From: a bacterium
GTDB lineage: Bacteria; Acidobacteriota; Blastocatellia; HR10
Assembly: GCA_041640655.1 (NCBI GenBank)
Contig: JBEPZV010000031.1
Span: 1 to 31,328 of the forward strand
Length of the DNA: 31,328 bases
Direction of reading: 5' to 3'
In this document: in pieces, positions 24,200 through 31,328 of the stretch
Layout of the letters: every line of letters begins with the position of its first letter
Numbering within the stretch: the stretch's first letter is position 1
The notes under the pieces: model-generated
Told to the model about the DNA's origin: nothing
The model's input: the letters and a program-made list of their open reading frames with translations, nothing else
Database searches by the model: none
Made by a program: the position numbers and the translations under genes

Positions 24200-25183
24200 A
24201 TGGAGCCGATGTCGGAGATCCGCACACTGAGCGTTAAGGCGTCCGAGGCGGGGCAGCGGCTGGACGTGTATCTGGCCCGCGCGCTCGCAGCGTTGAGCCG
24301 CACGCGCCTTCAAACCCTGATCGAGGAGCAGGCCGTGCTCGTGAACGAGCGCCCGGCCAAACCGAGCTACAAGGTGCGCGCGGGCGATCGTATCGAGATC
24401 GAGCTGCCCCCTCCCCCGGCGCTCGATTTGCAACCGGAGCCGATCCCCCTGGCGATCGTCTACGAGGATGACGACCTTCTCGTTGTGGAGAAGCCGGCGG
24501 GGATGGTCGTCCATCCGGGGGCCGGGGTGTTCAGTGGGACTCTCGCTCACGCGCTGTGCTTTCACTTCCAGCGCCTCTCGACCCACGGAGGAGCCCTTCG
24601 ACCGGGGATCGTGCACCGGCTCGATCGCGAGACGTCGGGATTGTTAGTTGTGGCCAAGAACGAGCGCGCGCACGAAGTCCTCGCGGAGCAGTTCGCCCGA
24701 CGCGAGGTCCAGAAGTTCTACCGCGCCCTCGTCATCGGACGAGTGGCTCAGCGCGAAGGGCGCATCGCCGCGCCCATTGGCCGACATCCCGTGCACCGCA
24801 CGCGGATGGCCGTTCGCCCTCCCGGACAGGGACGCGAGGCCCTCACCCTCTATCGCGTGCTGGAGTGGATCGGCGACTTCTCGCTGCTCGATGTGGAGCT
24901 GAAGACCGGCCGCACGCATCAGATTCGCGTGCATCTGGCCTCGGTGGGCCATCCCGTCGTCGGTGATGCCGTCTACGGACGCGCGTTGTGGACGAAGATC
25001 AGAGATCTCGCGCTCCGCCAGGCTATGGCGCAGCTCGATCGCCATTTCCTCCACGCCTACAGACTGTGCTTCCGCCACCCGCGATCGGGGGAGCCGATGG
25101 ACTTCACCTCGCCCCTGCCGGAGGACCTGAGCGCCTTCCTCACCGCCGTGCGCGCGCGCGTGGGGTCGGACGCCTGCCGCTGA
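24200..25183 (+). CDS. rluD: RluA-family 23S rRNA pseudouridine synthase with S4 domain (RluD-like), about 327 aa
   Basis: GQRLDVYL (S4), KPAGMVVHPG, RPGIVHRLDRETSGL (catalytic Asp), KTGRTHQIRVH, GHPVVGDAVY, LHA..L.F.HP. Start chosen after GAGGTG; 24209 is also possible. Confidence 0.92.
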   Translation: MEPMSEIRTLSVKASEAGQRLDVYLARALAALSRTRLQTLIEEQAVLVNERPAKPSYKVRAGDRIEIELPPPPALDLQPEPIPLAIVYEDDDLLVVEKPAGMVVHPGAGVFSGTLAHALCFHFQRLSTHGGALRPGIVHRLDRETSGLLVVAKNERAHEVLAEQFARREVQKFYRALVIGRVAQREGRIAAPIGRHPVHRTRMAVRPPGQGREALTLYRVLEWIGDFSLLDVELKTGRTHQIRVHLASVGHPVVGDAVYGRALWTKIRDLALRQAMAQLDRHFLHAYRLCFRHPRSGEPMDFTSPLPEDLSAFLTAVRARVGSDACR

Positions 25184-25219
25184 AGGCGCGTGGCCACTCG
25201 CCCCAGGCAGCACCCCACC

Positions 25220-27049
25220 TCAGCGCGCGATCTTCACCTCCGTCCAATATCGGTCATACAGCAGCGTGGCCGGACCGACGTCCTGCAGATATTCGCTCTT
25301 GCGCAGCACGTCAGGGGGGATGGAGAACATCGGATGGCGCCGCAACTCTTCGCGCAGCAAAGGCCGAGCGGCAGCGTTGGGCATGAGGTACATGATCTCG
25401 TTCATGTTCTCAGCGGCGACGACCGGATCCAGCAGATAGTTGATGAACTCGTGCGCCAGATCGGGACGGCGCGCCGAGCGTGGGATGCAGAGGTTGTCCA
25501 CGATGAGCGTCGTCCCCTCGCGCGGGATCACGAACGCGATGTTCGGATTCTCCCGACGCGCCCGGATGATCTGCCCATCCCAGGCCTGGGCGATCCACAC
25601 TTCGCCGCTCAACAGGAGCTGATCGAAATTCGCGCTGTCATACGCGCGCACGAGTGGCTTCTGCGCGAGGAGCCGATCGCGCGCCTGACGAAGCTGCTGC
25701 GGATCCGTGCTGTTGAGGGAATAGCCCAGAAGCTTCAGTGCGGCGGCGAAGACCTCGCGCATATCGTCGAGCATCGCGATGCGCCCGCGCCAGCGCGCGT
25801 CCCACAGATCGGCCCAGCTCTGGATCGGCTCGGCGATCTTGTCCGCGCGATAGGCGATCCCAGTGACCCCGCGCGTGTACGGGAGCGAATAGGTGTTCGT
25901 GGGGTCGAAGGGGAGATTGAGCGCCGCCGGATCGAGATGGCGCCGGTTGGGCACGCGGGTCAGGTCGAGCGGCTGCAGCAGGTTCTCCAGAATGAGGATG
26001 CGCACCATGTAATCGCTCGGCACGATGAGATCGTAGGCGACAACGCCCGCCTGCAGCTTTGCCAGGAGCGCTTCGTTCGAATCGTAGGTCTCGATGTTCA
26101 CGACGACCCCCGTGCGCTCCTCGAACTTCCGCACGACGTTCGGGGCGATGTAGTTGGACCAGATCAACACGTTCAGCTCCGCGCGCCCCCGCTTCGCGGC
26201 GAAGCCGCCGAAGGCGAAGCCCACGAGTCCACAGAGCATAAGCCCGACCAGGACGAGAGATCCTCGCCCCACCCCCCGCCGCTCGATGTGAAAGGCCACG
26301 GCCATGAGCACCAGCGTGGTCACCAGCAGCAGCGTCGAGATGGCATTCACTTCGGGCGTGATCCCCGTCTTGATCATCGAGTAGAGGCGCACGGGGAGCG
26401 TCGTCGCGCCAGCCCCGGCCACGAATGAGGTGATGACGTAGTCATCGAGCGAGAGGGTGAAGACCAGGAGCGCCGAGGCCGCGATCGCCGGGGCCAGCAG
26501 CGGCAGCGTGATCCTCCAGAAGGCGCGCCACGGATTGGCGCCCAGGTCGAGCGCGGCCTCCTCCAGGCGCGGATCGAGCGTGGCCAGGCGCGCGCGCACG
26601 ACGAAGAAGACGTAGGAGATGCTGAAGGCGACGTGAGCCAGAAGCACCGTCCCGAGCCCCAGCCGCATCCCGATCCCGCCGAAGAAGATGACCGACGCGA
26701 ATCCGACGACGACCTCCGGCACGACGATGGGGAGCACAAAGAGCGCCTCCACGAGCGGACGCGCGCGCCCCCGCCATCGCTCGAAAGCGAGGGCAGCGCT
26801 CGTCCCCAGGAGCGTGGCCACAAGGGTCGTGAGCGCGGCGATGAGCAGGCTCGTGCGCAGCGCCTCAAGCATCGGCTGATTGTCGAGCACCGCTTTATAC
26901 CACCGCCAGGTGAATCCCCGCCACACGGTCAGCAGGCGCGAGTCGTTGAAGGAGAAGACGGCGAGCACGAGGATCGGCGCGTAGAGGAAGAGATAGGTCG
27001 CGCCCATCCACACCATCAACACCGGCGATGTCCCCCGACGCTCGCTCAT
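25220..27049 (-). CDS. Fused ABC permease (PotC-like) and substrate-binding protein (PotD/PotF-like), about 609 aa
   Basis: ATG at 27049 overlaps the potB stop. Permease motifs FLYAPI, LEEAALDLGA and FTLSLDDY are followed without a stop by an extra TM and WSNYI, YDSNE, PSDY, LDDMRE, AWDG, PREG. Confidence 0.9.
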   Translation of the reverse strand: MSERRGTSPVLMVWMGATYLFLYAPILVLAVFSFNDSRLLTVWRGFTWRWYKAVLDNQPMLEALRTSLLIAALTTLVATLLGTSAALAFERWRGRARPLVEALFVLPIVVPEVVVGFASVIFFGGIGMRLGLGTVLLAHVAFSISYVFFVVRARLATLDPRLEEAALDLGANPWRAFWRITLPLLAPAIAASALLVFTLSLDDYVITSFVAGAGATTLPVRLYSMIKTGITPEVNAISTLLLVTTLVLMAVAFHIERRGVGRGSLVLVGLMLCGLVGFAFGGFAAKRGRAELNVLIWSNYIAPNVVRKFEERTGVVVNIETYDSNEALLAKLQAGVVAYDLIVPSDYMVRILILENLLQPLDLTRVPNRRHLDPAALNLPFDPTNTYSLPYTRGVTGIAYRADKIAEPIQSWADLWDARWRGRIAMLDDMREVFAAALKLLGYSLNSTDPQQLRQARDRLLAQKPLVRAYDSANFDQLLLSGEVWIAQAWDGQIIRARRENPNIAFVIPREGTTLIVDNLCIPRSARRPDLAHEFINYLLDPVVAAENMNEIMYLMPNAAARPLLREELRRHPMFSIPPDVLRKSEYLQDVGPATLLYDRYWTEVKIAR

Positions 27050-27903
27050 TGTCGCTCCTTCACGCCCGCTACCCGCCAGGCCATCAACAGTAGCGCGAGC
27101 ACGGCGAGGATCAGAAGGACCGAGAGCGCCGATCCCATCGGCGGATTCCGCTGCACGAACTGATTCTGAATGACCGTGCCGAGCATCGCCGATTTCGCCC
27201 CGCCGAGAAGATCCGGCGTGATGAAGGCGCCCAGGCTGGGGATGAACACCAGCACGAGGGCCGTGATGATCCCCGGCCGCGTCAGCGGCACCACCACGCG
27301 CCAGAAGACTCGCCACCGATTCGCTCCCAAATCCATCGCCGCTTCAATCACGCGCACATCCACGCGCTCCAGGGCGACATACATGGGCAGGATCGCGAAT
27401 GGCAACTCCCCGTAAACCTGCCCGACCACGACGGCGAAATCCGAGTAGAGGAGCCAGGAGATCGGGCGCTCGATCACCCCCAGAGCGAGCAACGTCGTAT
27501 TCACGAAGCCCTCGGCGCGGAGCAAGAACATCCACGCGTAGGTGCGCAGCAAGAAGCTCGTCCAGAAGGGGAGGATCGAGAGGACCAGCAGCGCCTGCTT
27601 CCACTTCGGGCTCACGCGCAGGGCGATGGCATAGGCGACCGGATACCCGATGAGCAAACAGAGCGCGGTCGTCACCGCCGCCATCAGGAACGAGCGGGCG
27701 TAGACGGGGAAATAGAGTGGATCCAGGGCCCGCCGATAGTTCTCCAGTCCGAACCTCCAGTGCACGCCGCCATAGAGGCCGCGTTCGGCGAAACTCACGG
27801 CGATGATGAAGCCCAAAGGCAGGAGCAGGACGAACACCAGCCAGAGAACGGAGGGAGCGAGCCATATCCAGCGATTCGCCTCACTCCCTCGCGACGCCCT
27901 CAT
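27046..27903 (-). CDS. potB: Spermidine/putrescine-type ABC permease
   Basis: LLIGYPVAY, LPFWTSFLLRTYAW, EAAMDLGA (EAA loop), FIPSLGAFITPDLLGG. Confidence 0.88.
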   Translation of the reverse strand: MRASRGSEANRWIWLAPSVLWLVFVLLLPLGFIIAVSFAERGLYGGVHWRFGLENYRRALDPLYFPVYARSFLMAAVTTALCLLIGYPVAYAIALRVSPKWKQALLVLSILPFWTSFLLRTYAWMFLLRAEGFVNTTLLALGVIERPISWLLYSDFAVVVGQVYGELPFAILPMYVALERVDVRVIEAAMDLGANRWRVFWRVVVPLTRPGIITALVLVFIPSLGAFITPDLLGGAKSAMLGTVIQNQFVQRNPPMGSALSVLLILAVLALLLMAWRVAGVKERQ

Positions 27904-27910
27904 GGCGTCC

Positions 27911-29002
27911 TCACTGGGAGAGGACGACGATGCTCTCTCGCGCCCAACAGAGGAAGACGCGTTGTCCGTCGCGGAAAGCCTCGGCTCGGGAGCCCGGACG
28001 ATTCGGTTCGGTCACCAGGACGGCCTGCTCCCCGACGCGCACGCGCCAGTGCGTCGCATCACCGAGATAAAGGCGCTCCTCGATGACCCCTTCCAGTTGC
28101 ACCAGATCGGTCTTGCGCAGCGGTCGCGCGCGCAAGGCGATCTTCTCCGGACGAACGGCCACCTGAGCCCGCGAACCCTCCAGTCGTCGTCCGTTGAGCG
28201 AGACGCGCACCGTCCGCCCGCACAAGGCCAGCAGCGCATCCCCGTTCTCGCGCGCCATGACCTCGGCCTCGAAGACGTTGGCCGATCCGAGGAAGGTGGC
28301 GACGAACGTCGTCTCCGGATTCTCATACACCTCGCGGGGCGTGCCGATCTGCTGCAGACGTCCCCCCGCGATCACGGCCAGACGATCGGACAGGGCCAGG
28401 GCTTCCTCCTGATCGTGGGTGACCATGAGAAAGCTGATGCCCACCTCGCGCTGCAGGCGCTTCAGCTCCCGCTGCATCTCTTTTCGGAGCTGGAGATCGA
28501 GAGCCGCCAGCGGTTCGTCCAAAAGGAGCGCCTCCGGTTCCAGGACCAACGCGCGCGCCAGCGCCACGCGCTGTTGCTCGCCGCCGGACAGCTCATGCGG
28601 CCACCGCCGCTCATAGCCGGACAGACGCACCAGCTCCAATGCCGCCGTCACGCGCCGCTCGATCTCTCGCCGCGGGAGTCGCTTCTGCTCCAGACCGAAG
28701 GCGACGTTCTTGTAGACGTTCAAATGCGGGAAGAGCACGTACTGCTGGAAGACCGTGTGCACGCGGCGCCGATAGGGGGGGAGATCGGTCACATCCTCGC
28801 CGCCGAGATAGACACGCCCCTCATCCGGTCGTTCCAAGCCCGCGATCACCCGCAGCAGCGTCGTCTTCCCCGATCCCGAAGGCCCCAACAGCGTGAGGAA
28901 TTCGCCGCGCTCGACCTCAAGGGAGACGGTCTCAAGCGCCGTGACGGCGCCGTAGCGCTTCGTCACGCCCTCCACGCGAATCGCGCTCGTTGCGGTCGCC
29001 AT
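27911..29002 (-). CDS. potA: Spermidine/putrescine-type ABC ATP-binding protein
   Basis: GPSGSGKTT, LPPYRR.VHTVFQQY.LFPHL, LSGGEQQR, LLLDEP, VTHDQEEAL, TOBE-like C-terminus. Confidence 0.88.
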   Translation of the reverse strand: MATATSAIRVEGVTKRYGAVTALETVSLEVERGEFLTLLGPSGSGKTTLLRVIAGLERPDEGRVYLGGEDVTDLPPYRRRVHTVFQQYVLFPHLNVYKNVAFGLEQKRLPRREIERRVTAALELVRLSGYERRWPHELSGGEQQRVALARALVLEPEALLLDEPLAALDLQLRKEMQRELKRLQREVGISFLMVTHDQEEALALSDRLAVIAGGRLQQIGTPREVYENPETTFVATFLGSANVFEAEVMARENGDALLALCGRTVRVSLNGRRLEGSRAQVAVRPEKIALRARPLRKTDLVQLEGVIEERLYLGDATHWRVRVGEQAVLVTEPNRPGSRAEAFRDGQRVFLCWARESIVVLSQ

Positions 29003-29022
29003 CGTCCGTTCTTCGGGGGTAT

Positions 29023-29051
29023 AAAATAGACGACGCGCCCACGGCGCGCAA
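29023..29051 (-). promoter_or_regulatory. Possible promoter for the pot operon
   Basis: Minus strand TTGCGC-N17-TATTTT in the only AT-rich patch between gmhA and potA. Confidence 0.4.
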
Positions 29052-29090
29052 GACCTCGACGCTCGCGCGCGCTCCCTTCCCGAACGGCCA

Positions 29091-29672
29091 TCAAGACGTC
29101 TCGCTGAACGCGCTCTCGATCAGCTCACACAGGATGTGGCCGAGCATGATGTGCACCTCTTGAATGCGCGGCGTCTCCTCAATGGGGACGATGAGAGGCA
29201 CGTCCACAAGCGGCGCGACGAGCCCCCCATCGCGTCCAAGCAGACCAATGGTGCGCACCCCCAGACGGCGCGCCGTCTCGACCGCGCGGACGACGTTGGG
29301 CGAGCGCCCGCTCGTGCTGATGGCGATGGCCACGTCGCCCGGCTCCCCGAGCGCCTCGATCTGCCGGCTGAAGACCTCCTCGAAGGCGACGTCATTGGCG
29401 ATCGAGGTGAGGACCGACGTATCTGTTGTGAGCGCTATGGCCGCCAGCGCCGGGCGCGAACGCCGATAGCGATTCACCAACTCCGCCGCGATATGTTGCG
29501 CATCGGCCGCGCTCCCCCCATTCCCGAAGAGGAGGATCTTGCGGCCCGCTCGAAGCGCGGCGATCATCAGCTCGGCCGCGCGAGCCACATCTTCGGCCCG
29601 CTCCTCGAAGAAGCGCGCTTTCACCCGAACGGACTCGCGAGCCAACTCCCGAATGCGCTCCACAGGCGTCAT
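29091..29672 (-). CDS. gmhA: D-sedoheptulose 7-phosphate isomerase
   Basis: GNGGSAADAQHIAAEL, ALTTDTS.LT..AND, ISTSGRSPNV, RIQEVH. Confidence 0.93.
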   Translation of the reverse strand: MTPVERIRELARESVRVKARFFEERAEDVARAAELMIAALRAGRKILLFGNGGSAADAQHIAAELVNRYRRSRPALAAIALTTDTSVLTSIANDVAFEEVFSRQIEALGEPGDVAIAISTSGRSPNVVRAVETARRLGVRTIGLLGRDGGLVAPLVDVPLIVPIEETPRIQEVHIMLGHILCELIESAFSETS

Positions 29673-29694
29673 GTCATCCCCCCACCTGATGCGG

Positions 29695-31328
29695 CTATCG
29701 GAAGATGTCGCGCCACGCCGCGACGCCTCCCCAGGTCACCCGCGCGCCCGCGCGGAAATTGAGCTTGGGGGCGGGATAGCCGAAGACCTCCGTGTACCGC
29801 CGATTCAACACGTTCTCGACCACGGTCACCAGCGTCACCCGATCATGGACCCGATAGTGCGCGCTCAGGTCCAGCTTCTGATAGCCCGGATTCAGATTGC
29901 GATTCGGCAAGAGCATCGAAGGACCGAAGAAGGGGTCCGACAGGAAGGTGCTCGTGTCGCGGCGGCCGACGAAGGATCCGGTGAGCACCAGACTCCAGCG
30001 CGAGCGCGACCAGGCCAGCAGCAGGCTCCCCGTATGTGGGGCGCGCTGAAACGGACGCGCCCCCACCAGCGGGGCGAACGCACCGATCGGAATCCCGGGG
30101 AAGGCGGGATTGAGCGTCGGGCGCAGCGCGTCGCTGGAGAAGGAGCGCAGGATGCGCGCGTCCAGATAGGTGTACGTCCCCCGCGCCATCAGACCACGCC
30201 CGAAATCGGCCGTGAGTTCGATCTCGGCGCCACGCGCGCGAAACGTCTGCGCGTTCACGTTCGCTCCGAAGGGCGTCGCCTGCGCCACCTCCATCGGAAT
30301 GCCCAGCTGCACCAGAGCCGACCGCGAGAGGAATTCGATCACGTCCTCGAATCGGTTGTGGAAGAGGGTGAGCGACAGACGCGCGCGATTCCAGGCGAAA
30401 TTTTGATCCACCCCGAGGTCGAACGCGCGATTTCGCTCCGGCCCGATGGGCGCGATCCGAAAGCGCGCGATCAACGCCTGACCGGACGGCCCCAGATCGC
30501 GCAACACGGCGAAGAGCGACGACCCCTCCTGGAAGATGTTCGGCTCCTTGATGCCGGTGCCGAAATAGAACCGCACTTTCGTCTCATTCCACCATCGCGA
30601 GGGCTCCCCGCGCCGGAGCACGTACGCGAGCGAAACGCGCGGGTTCGCCTCGAATCCGAACACGGCGTTGTCCTCGAATCCTATGCCCGCCGCCACAAAC
30701 AGGCGGGCAGCCCAATTATACTGCCCGTGCAGGAAGTAGCTGAAATTGTCGCGGGAGACGCGCCGCGCGCCGGATCGGCCGCGCTCGTTCTCATATCGAA
30801 ACCCAAACACGCCCACGAGCGATTCCCCCATGCGGACCTCCGATTGCGTCGAGAGCGCTTGTCGCACCGTATCGGTCACGAACGTCTGCGGGTATGGGCC
30901 GCCGAAGTCCAAAATGGCACGCCCGCTCACGCGGAAGCCGTTCCCGCCCACGATGGTGACCGGAGCACCGAGATAGACGGGACCGAAGCCGAAGGGATCG
31001 AAGGGCTCGCCCGTTGGCGCGGGATTCGTCGAGCGGCTCATCGAGTGGACCGAGGAGAAACGGATCTGATTCTGCCACCGACGCGTCGCATGATGCCGTC
31101 CGCTGAGGATCACATAGGTCTCGCGCCCGCGCGTGGCCGAATCATCGGGGAGGCCATAGAAATCGAGCGCGTTCGGCGTGCCGAGCGCCATCACCGTATG
31201 TCGGAGCACGAGGCGAACCTCCGACGACGCGCTCGGTTGCCACCCGAAATTCCCCACGTAGGTGCCGTTGTGGTACGCGTGGTTGGGCAGGTGGTTGTCC
31301 GTGTCATACCGGCTGAAGCTCGAGGAAT
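29695..31328 (-). CDS. TonB-dependent outer-membrane receptor, C-terminal barrel; 5' end outside the window
   Basis: Frame stays open to the window edge (...SSSFSRYDTDNHLPNHAYHNGTYVGN...). NPRVSLAY, GTGIKEP, PERNRAFDLG, RARGAEIEL, YTYLDA, YQKLDLSAHY, VENVLNRRY and GYPAP are typical barrel motifs. Confidence 0.9.
   Translation of the reverse strand, partial: SSSFSRYDTDNHLPNHAYHNGTYVGNFGWQPSASSEVRLVLRHTVMALGTPNALDFYGLPDDSATRGRETYVILSGRHHATRRWQNQIRFSSVHSMSRSTNPAPTGEPFDPFGFGPVYLGAPVTIVGGNGFRVSGRAILDFGGPYPQTFVTDTVRQALSTQSEVRMGESLVGVFGFRYENERGRSGARRVSRDNFSYFLHGQYNWAARLFVAAGIGFEDNAVFGFEANPRVSLAYVLRRGEPSRWWNETKVRFYFGTGIKEPNIFQEGSSLFAVLRDLGPSGQALIARFRIAPIGPERNRAFDLGVDQNFAWNRARLSLTLFHNRFEDVIEFLSRSALVQLGIPMEVAQATPFGANVNAQTFRARGAEIELTADFGRGLMARGTYTYLDARILRSFSSDALRPTLNPAFPGIPIGAFAPLVGARPFQRAPHTGSLLLAWSRSRWSLVLTGSFVGRRDTSTFLSDPFFGPSMLLPNRNLNPGYQKLDLSAHYRVHDRVTLVTVVENVLNRRYTEVFGYPAPKLNFRAGARVTWGGVAAWRDIFR

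Noticed and set aside
27050..27316. Longer N-termini given by the ORF track (27316; also 1056, 2143, 2247, 5278, 24158)
   Set aside because: They overlap neighbouring genes or promoter elements, or lack an SD. Downstream starts have SD sequences, stop-start coupling or signal peptides.

Overview
High-GC bacterial chromosomal window from a diderm (lolA, gmhA and a TonB-dependent receptor are present). The gene mix suggests Acidobacteriota, but that is inference only. Most of it is housekeeping: tRNA-Ser(GCT), gltX, an S41 carboxy-terminal protease, lolA, priA, sdhCDAB, glnE, an RluD-like synthase, a potAB(CD) ABC transporter, gmhA and a partial TonB-dependent receptor. No mobile element, CRISPR array or rRNA was seen. 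The interesting parts are secreted accessory proteins. (1) A secreted S1 protease is followed by a BsuPI-like inhibitor gene, transcribed back-to-back with (2) three tandem signal-peptide-bearing amidohydrolase paralogs, of which only the middle one keeps the metal ligands. (3) A 493-aa probable beta-propeller of unknown function sits behind a structured leader. (4) A 782-aa Asp-box/NIDO-like protein has a zincin-like motif that reads RETGR instead of HExxH. (5) A PotC-PotD fusion has altered polyamine-pocket residues. All calls come from manual motif reading; no searches or folding were run.
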